Assembly: GCA_013239625.1 (NCBI GenBank)
Contig: MU053911.1
Span: forward strand, 486,132-550,131
Reading direction: 5' to 3'
Source of the DNA: Lama guanicoe
Taxonomy: Eukaryota
Length of the DNA: 64,000 bases
Part shown: positions 35,760 through 49,700 of the stretch, piece after piece
Position numbering within the stretch: the first letter of the stretch is position 1
Layout of the letters: each line of letters opens with the position of its first letter
Made by a program: the position numbers and the translations under genes
Notes under the pieces: model-generated
What the model was told of the DNA's origin: nothing
Seen by the model: only the letters and a program-made list of their open reading frames with translations
Databases searched by the model: none

Positions 35760-38700
35760 CTTCCAGTGTAATTATGGTTTACATACTAATTTATGTAGAT
35801 CTTAATTTCTCTTAATGATATTTTATAATTTCTTTCTGTAGAATTCTTGCATGTAACTTAGTACTTTAAAATATTTGCTGCTATTGTAAAAGTTGCAGTT
35901 TTTGCCCCTTTAGCATTTGCTAATACATAGAAATAAAATGGATTTTTACTTATTAGCTTTTTTTCCAGGAGGCTTATTAAAATTAATAATTTCTAATTCT
36001 AGACTTAATATTTAAATAATTCTAATATCTAATTCAAATTTACTAAGACAAATAATAATTCCTCTTGGATTCTCTTACACATTTTTTTGTTTTTTTTTTC
36101 CTTTTTCTTTGTGTTTTCCTTTTGTTTGGAGGAGGTGGGAACTATTGCACAGGTAAGACCTGCATAAAATATTGAACTGAAACGGTGGCATTAGGCATCT
36201 TTATCTTTTTTTCATCCCCAAAATGAACGCTGTCAGTGTTTTACCAGTTGGCTGTAAGGTCTTTGTAGATACACTTTATAGGAAGACATTTGTTTCAATG
36301 CTTTGTTTGCTGAGGTTTTGGCATTTGTTTTCACAGTGGATGGGTTTCAAATTTTATCAAAAAGTTTTTGTGTATATGTTGAGATGATTTATTGGCTTTG
36401 ACTTTAAACATTTAACGATAAACATACCTACCAATATTCTGACATGAAAAGTCACGCTTTCCTAGTGCACAGCTGGCTTGCTCTCGGTATATTACTCATT
36501 TTTTTAGTGTGTTGCTGAGCCTGCCATCCTTTCAGTTAGGCTAGTGGCCTTTTTCTCATGAACGACATGAAATTGTGGCTTCCTTTCCTTTATGTTCTCG
36601 ATGCATTTTAGTTTCTCGCTTTATGTCAGCCTCAGAAAGTGAGCCACAGAGCTTCCTCTGTATCTTCTCTCTTGCCTGTGTTAGGTTTGATTCATTCTGC
36701 TCTCAGTGTTTATAAAAACTCCCTGATGAAGTCTTCTAGGCCTAGAGTTTTTCCTGAGGGACGGTTTTTGAATAAAGAGTCAGATTTCTTAAAGGGTTTT
36801 GGACAAATCAGGTTTTCTATTTCTTCTTGAGTCAATTTTGCTGTATTTATGTGTGTGTATGTGTGCATGTGTGTCTTTAAGGGATATTTTTATTTCATTA
36901 AATTGTGAAATGTTGCCATAAAGCTTTCCTTGATGTCTATTTGTCACCTCCTTGCTCAGAGGCTCCTTCATGAACTTTGGATTTCGGATACGTGGTCTGC
37001 ACTTGTCTTCTCTGAACAGCACTGTCAGAGGAATTTCACGTCAATCAATCTTTTCAAAAAGCACCTCTTCACTTTGTTGATTTTGCCTGTTAACTGCACA
37101 AGTTCTAGTTTATTGAGTTCTGTCCTCACTTGTGATATTTCCTTTCTTCTTTCCCTGAGTTTAATTTGCTTTTCTTTCTGTTATTCTTCTAATTTCTTAA
37201 CATGCACGTTTCTTTAACTTTTGGTTATACTTCCTTTTAATAAATGCACTACTAAGCCCATAGTTTTGCTTGCATCCCATAACTTTAGATACGCATTTTA
37301 TTTATTGTTCAGTTCAAAATATTGTCATTTTTATTATTTGCATCAATGCATTTATAGAACTATATTTCTTAATCTTCAAACATATAGGAGGGTTTCTAGT
37401 TTTCATAATTCATTTTTATCTTAAATTGTGTTCTTAGAATACAGAATGTATTCTATATTGTTTCAACTTGAAATTTCTTGAGAGTTGTTTTATGGTCCAG
37501 GAAATGGTCAGCTTTTACAACTGTGCAATGTAGGTTCAAAAATAACGTATATTCAACAGCTCTTGGATGAAGAATTCTGTTCTGTGCTGTCTTTTAAGCA
37601 ATGCTTGTTAATGTGTTCTCTAAATTTCTTCTACTAATGTTTGTTCTCCAAACTACTGATGGAATTATGCTAAAATCTTTTAATTTTATTTTTTGTCTAT
37701 TTTATCTTATATCATTTTTTTATTTATACATTTTGATGCTCTGTTTTGAGGTACATTAAATTTTATTTTTAATAAGTTCTCCATCTTATTTCTAGAAATA
37801 TTTTATTTTTTTTTGTTTTGTTCACAGTCTACTTTGTGTACTATTAATAAAAGTTCACCAGCTTCGTGTGATGATTATTTTAGTTCTACTATTTTGTTTA
37901 AAACCCTTTTTCTTTCAGTGTCTGTATTCTGTTGTGTTTTTCTGGTGTACAGCATATTTCAGTCATACATATGCATACCTATATTCTGTTCTGTTTAAAT
38001 ATAAAACAAAAGATGGTAGAATCCTTTTTAAAAATCCTAGCTAATAATGTTTTTCCTTTACCTGGAGGATTGGATCAACTGATTTTTCTTGCTATTAACA
38101 GTACAGTTGGTTTAATTCATCATTTTTCTGCTTTCTACTGATTATACCTGTTTAATTTTGCTTTCCTCTCCTTTAATGTTTTCTTTTAGGATGAGCTATT
38201 TTTAACCATTCCACTATTTAAAAATTAGTACCTGTAAATTTGACTCTGATTTTTATATAAGTTACAGAAGACTTGCAACCCTTATTGATTAAAATTTGAT
38301 TTTAATACTTTCACCATCCTCTAGAGCCAACACATGAATTTGAGAGCACTTCGAACCTTTCAGTCTCTTCTCACCATGCTTTTACGTTTGCCGTTTACTT
38401 TCCTTGTGCTTCTTTGCCGGATAATCCCACAGACGTTCACGGACGTTGGTGTAGCCAGTGCTTGTTTGGATTTACTCACACAGTTGCGGGTTCTTTCTGT
38501 CCGTTCCTTACTGGGAGACTTTTCATCTGGGAGCCTTTGCCTTCTACAAGAAGTAAGAATTGAGACATTTCTTGAGCTTATAGTAGTTGTTAGTCCCTGA
38601 ACCCCCTGGATGGAGGGTGAGATTTTGGGCTCTGCCTATCTTGAGGGTGGGTCTTGGTGAGCCGGCCTCCTTTGTGACCCCAGCGAGGACAGACGCCCTC

Positions 38701-39350
38701 TCCACTTCTGTCTGTCTCACCATGAAAGCTGTCAGTGTAAGCGGTTCTTGGGGACAGTTGCCCTCAGGGGAAATCAGCCTCAGGGTTCCCTCTTTCTTCC
38801 CCGAATTTCCCTTTCCTTTAGATTTTTAAATCTATGGAGACAAATGGATCATTAGCAGTGAGTGTTTTATCTCTTAAAACGATAAACCCCTCCAGCTACA
38901 GCCCTGCCTGCCTCCCTCCTGTCTCGGAGGAGTAACCCCTTCTCTGTTTATCTGAGGAGGAACCCTGTTTGGAGGCTCGGCTGCCACCTCTTCTGGCATC
39001 TTTGCTCTGTTTTTCCTCTGAAGAGACCCCCAGTTTCTTCTCCCGTAGTCCTCGATGTCTTAGCGTCTCCTCCGTTATTGAGAACAAGCACAAGAACCTC
39101 TGGGACTTTCTTCTACAATGAGCTATTGTCCAATCTCGTTATCAATACGTCATCTTTTTTCCAAAGGTTTCCATTTGTTGCCCTTGCTTCCTCCTTCTTA
39201 ACCCCCTTACATGAGGCAAAAAAAAAAAAAAAGAGAAGAAGAAAAGAAAAGAAATTACCTGGATTACATTTGGAGAGCCTCCCTCATCTATCTAAAGATG
39301 ATAAAAATGCCTCTACTTCTTTTGAATCTTTTATAATAGAGATAGTATCA
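35760..39350 (-). mobile_element. Very old L1M (L1ME-type) remnants
   Basis: Long T-rich tract with antisense ORF2 phrases (ttaggcatctttatc, tgaagtcttctaggcctagagtt, caggttttctatttcttcttgagtcaattttg). A short young L1 tail is embedded near 37920-37990. Confidence 0.55.
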
Positions 39351-42300
39351 CAAAATACAGGCTGAGTGAATAGCCCTGTCACGTACGGCCTCTGTCCATT
39401 CAGTGATAACAACATGGATGTGGCTTGTTTCTGAGGCTGCAACAAGCTGACTCCTGTTTAGACAAGTGGGTCTGAACCAGCGCTTGACTAGGAGTACTTA
39501 GAACTATCACCTGTACCGTCAGAACGCAGTGAAGTACTGCTAAAAAAATTAACTAAAATCTTACAGCTATTTTCAAGGAAAATCATTCCAAACATCAGTG
39601 GTTTTTTAACATACACTGTACTGTGTGGAAAACTTTCAAGGATTATCTCTTCTATTATTAATGAATCCATTTTACATTATCCTAAAGAAGGTTAAGTTTT
39701 ATACATACATTTTATAGCGTTTCTCCTTTGTAAAAAAGAAAAGATACATAAATTTAATAGGGGAAAGAAATTTACAGTGTGTCCTGTCCTACCTGTGTGA
39801 TTCAAATTAAATGTCACTGCACATAATGGTAGCAAGTCATATGTTGGAAGCACTTATCATCTTGATTTCATAAGAAAGGAAACAAATCGTTGCTCATAGG
39901 CCTGAGGTAAAGAGTTAAGCCAGGTATCTATCTGTGCCTAGCCTTATTTTATAGCACTGTGTTTAAACTTTATACCCTGCTTTTAACACTCTATCCTGAA
40001 ACAGCAATTCCTCACTGTGTGACCTTGGTCAAGTTGCTTAACCTCTCTGTGCTCTATAAAGTGGCAAATGTACTTTATATATTGTTTCTTAGAAATCATA
40101 GCCTGTATTTTACCTAGAATTCCTATTTTTTATACCCTATAAGTGATATGTTTTAAAGAATAGCTTTTTCCCCTGTGTAGTCCATCATCATATAGCATAG
40201 AATGGAAATAAGAGATTAACTTTTACTGAAGAAAACTAATGTGCTAATATTGATGGTAAAACATGGAAAGCTACCGAAGAGATTTACAATTTATAATGTA
40301 TACATGTGTATGGTGTTCATGTGTGTATATATATTTTTGTTAAATGTAAAACATATCTGTTAAAGAATATTTTTTGTTTCTAAATTCAAAATTTCCCTCT
40401 TATTTTTAATATGGCATCAAAACATGCCACAAGAGTTGGGAGCCAGAGAGAAACGTGACACAGTTGTGATGAAAGCGCTCCTTAGGAATTCATGAATTAG
40501 TATGAACCTCTGATGTTATAGATACTTGTAGGTTTTCACATTACTTTTTTCAGATTGATGTAATTTGACATTATTATGTTTTAGTCTGTTAGTCCTTTCT
40601 TGGGCATCAGAATTCATCACAGATTCAGACATATTGGATTTCTTCTTTTTGGAAATAAGTGATCATACACAGAACCCTTGTAAATGATTTCTGAGAGCGG
40701 AAAGGAATAGGAAGATAAATATTGAAGGACAGGTGAATTCAAAGATTGAATTCATTTGTCTTTTGCAATAATAAAACATTCAGTTTTAGTGTTGTATTTG
40801 TCCACGACACTTAGAGCTCTTGAGTGGAATGCAGAGAAGGACTAGATTATTTGGGCTGGGGGGTTCTTTTGTAGAATCCAGTCAGGCTCCAGGCTTCCCA
40901 CGTGCGGTGTCGGCTTTTGCTTCCACGTTTGTTGTATGGTTCTTTGGTCGGAGGCTGCGGCTTCTTTCCACCTCCACTGATGTGTAAGAGGGCTGGTTTC
41001 CCATGTGTGCCGGAGAAGTGGAATGACTGGATGTGGGTGGACAGTGTCTACATCATACTTAACCAGTGAGACATAGGGCAAGTCAGGAAGTAGAGAATGT
41101 GCTGTGAGCAATTCAGCGCCTTTACAGACACTGCACTGTTAACCTCTATAAGTTGTCTTCATCTGAGGTAAAGCCATTTCAGTAGATAAGCCCATGCCAC
41201 AGTGCAGAAGTGAACACCTGAAGTTTATCGTGCTCTAGAAAGTGACAGGTGGATTGTTCAGACTCCTGGCGTGGTCTCACTGGCAGACAGCGTCCCCTAG
41301 GTAAGCCGGGGACCCATTCAGCGAGGGGCCGAGACGGTGGTGGATGTCCCTCTCTGAGCTCCGGTGGTCACACACTTTCAATCACCGTGGATGAAAAAGA
41401 AACTGGAGACAAGGGAGATTTGGAATTGAGAGCATTTCTCCATCTTCCACGGGTTCGCACGTTTCTCCATCTTCTTTCTGGCCTGATGTTTCTCAGGTGA
41501 AAACCTGACCAAATCCCTGCCTTTGTGTTTGGAAACGCACATGCGCGTCTAACACGCACTATGGATTTACTGTGTTGAACAGCGTGAACTCTGACTCTAA
41601 AGGTGTTTTGTTGTTGTTGTTTTTTCACTAAGTAGAGCTTGGGATTGGTCCCTGCTTGCCAAGCATTTCATATAAATAGTTTGCTTAATGAAAAGAGGCT
41701 TGAGATAGATTCTTACTTTGAAAAAGAGATTATGATTAAAATTCTTAGAATTGCAGCCCATGGGAACAAATATTATTATGGACTAAGTGATTTGAAGAAA
41801 TCATTGGTTTTAAAAAATCAGCTCTGCTAATTAAGGTTCCAAATGCATGCACACAGACGTGACTTAATTAGTAATTCCATCCGGATGCGATAGACGTACT
41901 AGTGCGGAATGCGTACACGCGGCAGAATGAACGGCTTCCTTAGCACCTGAGGTGTGAGTCACTGTTGCCTAAAGCAAGCCAGGGCAGTGAGCTATGCTAC
42001 AGGATAATGAAGACTTAAGGGGGGGAAGTGCTGGCATAATTTTAAAAGGATGTTTTAGCTATTGAAGTAATGCTTCTAATGCTTTTTAAGCACGTTTTTT
42101 AATAGGAAAAAATGAGTTTTATGTTGCTCAATTTCTTGAATTAAGATAGATTAAAAGTACAGATTAAGTATAATCTGTATTCCGAGAGCTACTCGTGTAC
42201 TATGTTAAGCACTTAGGCAGCTCTTAAAATGCCTTGGGTCCATTAGAATTCCATTTGTTCTGTCATTGTTTCAGCACAAAGCCCACAGTCATTTGCGGAA

Positions 42301-42536
42301 ACATGATTTACAGTACTAAATATTTGCAGTGTGCATTCCTTCTTTTCTTTTTGCACCCCCTTTGCCCCAGGATCCCTAGGCCCCGGGACCACAGTGCGCA
42401 CGGCGTTGTTTCCGATGTGGGTCCTGCTCGAGTTTCAGTTTCACTGACATGCTTGTCCGTCTACAGCCCCTGAGCTCTTCGTAGCTTCCCTCTCCAAAGA
42501 CCAGAACCTTTGTCTAGTCTTAAGAAAGGTCTGAGT

Positions 42537-42762
42537 TAGGGTTATTGATAAACTATAAGTTCCTTCTGTACAGCACGGGGAACTATACTCAATATTTGTA
42601 GTAACCTAAATGAAAAAGAACATGAAAATGAATACATGTATGTATGTGTACGACTGAAACATGACGCTGTGCACCGGACATTGACTCAGCACTGTAAACT
42701 GGCTGCACATCAACGAAAAATTAATTAATTAATTAGTTAATTAATTAATTAAATTTAAAAAA
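42537..42762 (+). mobile_element. Short L1 3' fragment with (TTAA)n tail
   Basis: aagttccttctgtacagcacggggaactatac...gctgtgcaccggacattgac; tail ttaattaattaattag.... Degenerate TSD agaaaggtctgagt / agaaagaactgagt. Confidence 0.85.
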
Positions 42763-43339
42763 AGAAAGAACTGAGTGTGGCCACTTTTCAAATCATCCCT
42801 TTATTTTTATTAACGTCCACTGAAGATGTCGGCTTTTTTGTTCCATTTGCCATTTGAGTTTTCTGTATGCCTCCTTTTAAGCCAAATTTTGTTTGGCACA
42901 CCCAGATCCACCTCTCATGTGAGCAGGTTGCATCCCCGTGGCCTGTTTTTACTGCCAAGGGTCTTGGCCCATCTCTGCCTCTCTGCCGGCCATGCCCACG
43001 AGCACGGTGAAGCATGACTGTCGCCAAATTACCTTTGCCCTCAGAACAACAAATGGTTCTGTTACGACTGGAACTCAGAGCACTGCCTGTGTCAATATCC
43101 ATTCCTGGGCTTAAGCCTTCACCCCAAACAAAAGGAAAGAGGGCTGCGAGGAGGCAACACGGCGTCATAGGTGTTTACCTAGTAGACGACCTAACGCACG
43201 TGAATGTGTTGGGAAGGTGGGTGAGGGGGGCACCGGGCAGGCTGGAGCAACACTGCTGCAGGAGCCAGTGCTGGGGGAGGAAAGCCAGAGCTGTCATCAG
43301 CTACTCGCTGGAGGCTCGGGATGGCCAATGCTGAGAGCG

Positions 43340-44810
43340 AAAATCCCAAGGGGACCTAGTTATAGGAGCGCCCCCACAATTTGTGAGATTTACCTTCAAG
43401 GACTTTGACTGGGTTCCTAGCATAAATGCCAGAGAAGAATTCCCTCCTGCTTCCTGCAGAGGGAGGGGAAAGAGTGCCATTTTGAAATATTCCAGAGCAC
43501 TGTGTTCTTCTGGCAAGGCCTGCCCTCGGGGGAAGCTGTGCAACCAGAGCCTAGTCTGCTGGGCTTCCTCAGTGCCTCCGGGCGCTCACCTGCAGCGCAG
43601 GTGGAGGGAGATACTCAGCCCCCTCTAGCCACCCTCTCCGGCCTAAAGGAGAGAGACAGTTGTCACACGCGCGTGAAGCTTGCAGTCCGGAGGCAGCGGC
43701 TCACTCACAGATTGAGACGTCCTCCCAGGGCTGGAGGAGGACTTCCCTCCCCGATGCCTGCCGCATCACTACAGACCCACCCAGAGAAGTTTAGTTTACC
43801 TGCTGCATCACGTCTGGCTATCAAGAAAAACAAAATTACAAGTTATAGCAAAGCCAAAAGAAAATTAAAGAGACAGCGCATGATTCAGAATCAGACAGAG
43901 CTCGGATGTTGGCATTATCAGACCAGGAATTTAAAGCAACTGTGCTAAATACGCCAAGGTTCTAACGGGTAAAGCAGGTAGCGAGCACGAGCAGCTGGGC
44001 AATGAGAGCAGAGAGACAGAGATCCCAAGAAGAACCAAAATATGAACCAGACCTAACGGGCTCACAAGTGAGTTCTACCAAACATTTCAGGAAGAGATTA
44101 AACCAGTTCTTTACGATTCCCTTCAGAGGACAGAAACAGAGAGAATATTTCACAGCTCATCCTGTGAGGCCAGCCTCACCCTAATACCAAAACCAGACAG
44201 AGACATTGTAAGAAAAGAGCTACAGACCAATAATCTTACAAACAAAACATGTAAAAACCCTCAGCAAATCATTAGCGAATCAAGCCCGACAACGCACACA
44301 GAGAGTTACACCGCATGGTCAGGCGGGGCGCACCCAGGCACGCGAGGCCGGTTCTGCGTTTGAGATCAATGATTATAACCCACACATCAATGGGCTAAGA
44401 ACGAAGAATCATCTAATCACATCAACAGATGCAGAAAAAGCATTTGAGAAAATCCAACACACACTCATGTTAAAAACCCTCAGTAAGCTGAAGAGGGGAA
44501 CTTTCTCAGTTTGATAAAGAAAATGTATGAAAATCTACAGCTAGCATCATTCTTAATGGTGAGAAATGCACAGTGTTTCTGCAAAGATCAGAACAAGGAA
44601 AGTGTGCCCCTTTCACCACTGCATTTCAGCATCACACTGGAAGGTGAAAAGAAAAGAAAAGAAATAAAAGACAAACTCAGATCAGCAAGAAAGAAATGAA
44701 ATTGGCTTTGTTTGCCCATGACATAATCACACTTGTAAAAACTTTATGATAATTGACAAAAGATTCTGGCGCTAATAAGCAATTAAGGAAAAGTTTCAGG
44801 ATACAAAGCG
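43340..44810 (+). mobile_element. Old L1M fragments (5'/ORF1 remnant fused to ORF2 RT region), GC-shifted
   Basis: gatgttggcattatcagaccaggaatttaaagcaac (ORF1) then gaggccagcctcaccctaataccaaaaccagac and gatgcagaaaaagcatttgagaaaatccaacac (ORF2). Confidence 0.8.
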
Positions 44811-46395
44811 GAAGAAGCACGGAGTATTTTAGTAAAATGCTCATATTACTAAAGAATAGGACCAACCTGTGAGTTAGGGCTCTTACAGAAACACAGTGCT
44901 CAAAACAAACTTGCCTTCTCTTGCCTGTGTATCTTTCCTCTGACTTTATTGACCTCAGAATTTTTTTCAAACATCCTCTCTATGGACCAGTGAGAAAATT
45001 AAGCAACCTACCAGTTCTACGGGGCACTGTCTTCTCTACACCTGAGCCACGTCAGACAAACAAAAAAGTACTGTAAGTAGATGGAGGGTGCATCTTCTGA
45101 CCAGGGCCTTAAAAATATATGTTGCACCCTTGAAAGAAGAAAATGAGGGTGATCAAACAGGAAGGTTCAAAGAGACCTTGGAAATCAATGACACTGTTCC
45201 TTTTGCCAGGCAAAATTATACTAAAACTACCTGGGACTGTTTCAAAGTAAGCTATTCTTCTTTGGTTGTTTTTCTGTTTCACACTAGTCAGAATTTGTTC
45301 ATTTTTAATCTCAGAGTTATTTTATACTTCAACAATTGTTTAGGATTGTCAAAAAATCTTGTCTGTTGAGTCGTATAGAGTGCCTTGCCCACATTCAGTC
45401 CTTTGCACCACTCAGTGTGCATATTCTGATTGCCCCTGATGTCTCCACGATAAGTTGATGATTGCCTCCTTAAATGTCACGTGCAATATGAAAGTATGAC
45501 TGGATGTCACCGTGTTGTTTAGATGCATTTCACATTAATTTTAAGATAGCTTTCTTAAAGATTACAAGCAAAAGGAAAAAAAAGAACAATTCCACGGATC
45601 TCTTAAGAGCTGTTCGGAACACTAATTCTTTTCAAACTATGGTCACTAAAAATTCAGCTGCAATAACAGAGAGATCCCTTCTTAAGAAGGTACAGGAGCA
45701 GTTCAGAGCTCACTGTTTTCACACAAGGAATATCAAAATCTAATTCCTAAAAATGTAAAGTGTTGCCAAGGCTTCCAGCTATAACTCATCAAAGCTTCCA
45801 GGGATTTGCAATTTGCACTTTCATCTTCCTGCCAACCCTGTGTACACAGTGACTTGAGCAGCTCCATGCTGTCCTTCTTCCAAAGACACATTTTAATAAC
45901 ATGAGTGCTGCTAATTTTAGGGTTTAAGGGTGGGAGGATTTAACTGCTGACAAACATGTTGGTTTCAAACTTTGGAAATCACTAGCTATCAATGTGCAGT
46001 GAATTTTGCAACACAGAGAGAACTTCAAGTAATAAACTGCAATCTCAATGCTGCTAGAATTAGAAATCATTGCTATAAACAGAGCAAAAATAAGCCTTGA
46101 TGAAGGGGGCCATGAGAAGGAGGGACCTGTTGAAATACAAAACACTTGTATGCAAGTCTGAAATCAGAGGTGGCAAGATGCATATCACCAACCTCACGTA
46201 CCACACACGTATCGCATTGTGAGAAGGTCTTCCCATTCAGGCTGGGCTTAGAGAGTCTGTGAAGGCCGACTGCTGTCATCAACAGACAGGCACTAAGTAA
46301 GTAGCTGCATTATGTATCAGTAAGAAAGGATCTAAATAATTGGATAATATTAAAAAAATTGATTCTCAATAGTTTCATATTTTAAAAGGGGTATT

Positions 46396-47545
46396 TAGAG
46401 TGACATCAGTAAGATGGTAGAGTAGAAGGGCCTACACCATCCTCCACCCCATGAATTAAGCACCATTTCACGGACACATTCCTTTTCTGAGAAGCCCAGA
46501 AACCAAGTGAAAGACTCTTACGCTGCAGGTAACCATGAAGCCAGCCCCACACAAGCCGGCAAGGAGATTGGCAGTACCCTACCACAGGAGTGCCGGATCC
46601 TAGCACAGTGCCCCGTGTTCCTGGCTTTTACCATAGAAGGTAGGGACTGGCTTGCACATCAATGAAAATGAAGAAATAAGCAACCATGTTCCAAAAAAGA
46701 AACAAGATAAATCTTCAGATACCAACCCTTATGAAATGAAGTTATATGCTTTACCTGACAGAGAATTTAAAATAGCTGTTAAAAGACACTCATTGAAGTC
46801 CCAAGAACAATGCAAGAATAAAGCAAGAAATTTAAAAAGAAATAGAAAATATGGAAAAATACCAAACAGAAATTAGGGAGCTAAAGAATACAATAACTAA
46901 ACTAAATAATTCACTAGAGAGTTCAGTATCAGACTTGATCAAGCCAATGCAAAGACAAGTCAATGGAAAAATTCAAAGAAACGAAAATAAAAAAGAATGA
47001 AAAAAGAAAAAATCCTTGAGACTTCTGTAACACCATCAAGTAGATTAACATATGCACCATAGATGTGCCATAAAGGGAAAGAGAAAACTATAATGAAAGC
47101 CCCAAAGAGACCACAAAAAACCCTACGTCATGTATATGAAAGAAAAACAGAAAGGGTTCAGAGCATATTTTAAAAAAATAAACAATAGAAAAAAGAAGAT
47201 AGCAAAAGAAAACGAGACAGACAAAAGGACTATAAGGCTAACGGAAAACAACTAATGAAATGGGAATAGAAAATCTTTCCCTGTTGATAATTACTGTAAA
47301 TGTAAATGGATTAGATTATGCAGCCAACAGACAGCGTCAAGGAATGAATAAAACAAGACGTCGCAACTACAAGCCGCTCAGGACGCTCACTCAGAGGCTG
47401 AAAGTGAAGGGATGGAGAGAGACATCCCGTGGAAACGGCGACCTAAGAGGACAGGGTTGGCTCCACTTACCTCAGACAAAAATAGACTTTTTGTCAAAAA
47501 CCATCACAAGAGGCAAGAACATTACGTAGTGATGAAATGGCTCAA
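46396..47545 (+). mobile_element. Old L1M 5' region (5' UTR, partial ORF1, start of ORF2 endonuclease)
   Basis: gtgacatcagtaagatggtagagtag start; ttacctgacagagaatttaaaatagc (ORF1); ORF 47260 resembles the ORF2 N-terminus (LIITVNVNGL...LKVKGWR...KIDF). Confidence 0.8.
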
Positions 47546-48499
47546 CTGTCAGGCCCCTGCTTTCTAACTCGAATGTGTTCACAATTTGTTTTTACATCGA
47601 AGAGCACCACACAGACTACAAATAAAAAATAGAATGAAAAATTCTGTATTTAGACATAGATATTTCTACATTTTATTTATGTTTCCATATTTAGATTTAG
47701 AACAGTAGCATGTTCATGAATTAACTTTCTGACAATGGCATTTATGGTATTTCCACACAGCAACAACTCTTCTCCTTTGTCGCAATGACGTAAATTTGGT
47801 AGGAAGAGGCAAGTCCCATCTTGACTGACTCAGTTGGGAAAAAAGCTGGAATTCAGTCAGCCAAAGGTTAGTTTGACCCAACACAAGCCACTCATCAATT
47901 TTTAGTTTTTTTATGCTAACACGTTTTTGGGAAGTGGCTCTTTGACACTGTGTTCTTCTTCTCAGGAACATCCATTGACCTGCAGCTGCCATCCTATGGG
48001 ATGTGCCTGCCAGCAGCTGCAGCAGTAGAAAGAGCATGTGACTTCCACCCCAGCCACAGACTTATGCGTGAACCTGTTGGCAAATTGTAGTTTATCACTC
48101 CAGCTGCAGGAGTCAGTTAAGATGAGAATGCCAATTTTAGCAGATGTGTGTTTTCTGTTTTTGTAATATAATGTGAATGTGAATGACGATTTTCACAAAT
48201 GAATCTCACTGTTGGTCTAATCTGAGCTTCCTTCATGTTGAAAATATTCTACTGCCTGTGTGAATTGACACTGCTTATGGGATGACTTTTACAGCATCCA
48301 AGATCAGAGTGAAGTTGGCCAATTTGGTAAGTTAAATAACTTATGGTAGATTAGTAAATTATATTGAATGATTACTTAGGTGTTTTATATTTAAAATTTC
48401 TTTGCAAATCAATGTACTAAATAAATCATGTTAATATTAAACATTTTCTTTTTATATTATTATAAATTTTAAAATTAAAAACATCCAATAAAGAAGGAT

Positions 48500-49700
48500 A
48501 AAAAGATCTAGGAATGGATAAATATACCTATTTTGAGGGCAATGAAAAGACATCATGTAGCTTCAAGGAGCTTAAAATGGAGATTGAGATACAAAAGAGT
48601 TTTATGTGAAACTAGACATTATATAGATCCATTCAAATCAATCATCATTTAGGATCAGAAAAGACCACATGGTCTGCAAAGCCACCAGAGAAACCTTCCT
48701 GGGGAAGTTAAATCTTGATCAAGTTTTGAAAAACACAAAGATTTGAATAAAATCAAAGAAATAAGCAAAGTGATGTTGATCAAGTAGATTTTAGTGTATG
48801 AGAAGTTAATATAACAAAATAAGAGGGCATAATGCTTCCATAAAGGAGGGACTCTTGACATAAGAAGCGTTTGAGAAGATGAGCTAGGCGGCAGTGGACA
48901 GGCTGAAAGAGGAGCGCGAAAAACGCGGGAGACTGGTTGGAAGGCTCGGCTAAGAACCCGAGTGTGGCGAGAACAGCTCAAGCAGAGACACACCGTTGAG
49001 TCCAAGCCTACGTCACACAAGTATCAGCAGGACGTCAGGTGCCGAGTGTCCACCGTCCTTTGACGAGGAATCAGTCAACAGACGACTCTCAGGTCAGCTT
49101 CGTGGACTGCGTGCGGAACGGAGATTTTAGTGGCTGTAGGAAGATGTCACTTTCTCAGAAAAGTTGCTTTTGAAGAGAAAGTTGTCCCTTAAAGTAAATA
49201 TATCATGTATCTGGTCTTCGTAACTCTCCACGGACGTGTAAGCCCCCAGAAGCCAAGGCGATGTTTGTGCTTCTTCTGTAACTCCCACAATTACAGCGCA
49301 TGTCCAGTAGATATGTAAGTGTGTTGTATGAGCTGGAAATATTGGAGGAAGACTTAAATTTCCAGAGCAAAAATGTAGATAAACTGTTTATCATAATAAC
49401 TGAAGGGATAGGTAAAGGCATAAAACTGGATCTCCAGAAGGACAGTGTGTCCAGGGCGGAGAGGAAAGGGCTGAGGCCGTCACTGTGGAAGAACAGGGCG
49501 TGGGGAAGGCAGCTCAGGAAGGAAGAGGCAGAAGCTGCTCACCAGGAGGGGCTCAGGGAGGCAGGGCCGCCAGTGCCAAGGGGCTTCGGCTGGGCTGCGC
49601 GGAGGCTCAGAAAGATCCTTGACATGGTGAGCGACCGAAGACTATTAACTTTGGCTACATTAAGGGAGGGCAAGTCACAGTTTTGAGAGGCTGGACTAGA
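48500..49700 (-). mobile_element. L2 remnants
   Basis: cttcaaggagcttaaaatggagattgagatac, gtccagtagatatgtaagtgtg, gggctgaggccgtcactgtggaagaacag. Confidence 0.5.

Noticed and set aside
39492..39690. 66-codon open frame between AG and GTTAAG
   Set aside because: No polypyrimidine tract, weak donor, unrecognised peptide.
42158..42179. Perfect 9-bp inverted repeat TACAGATTA-agta-TAATCTGTA
   Set aside because: Short, AT-rich and isolated; compatible with chance.
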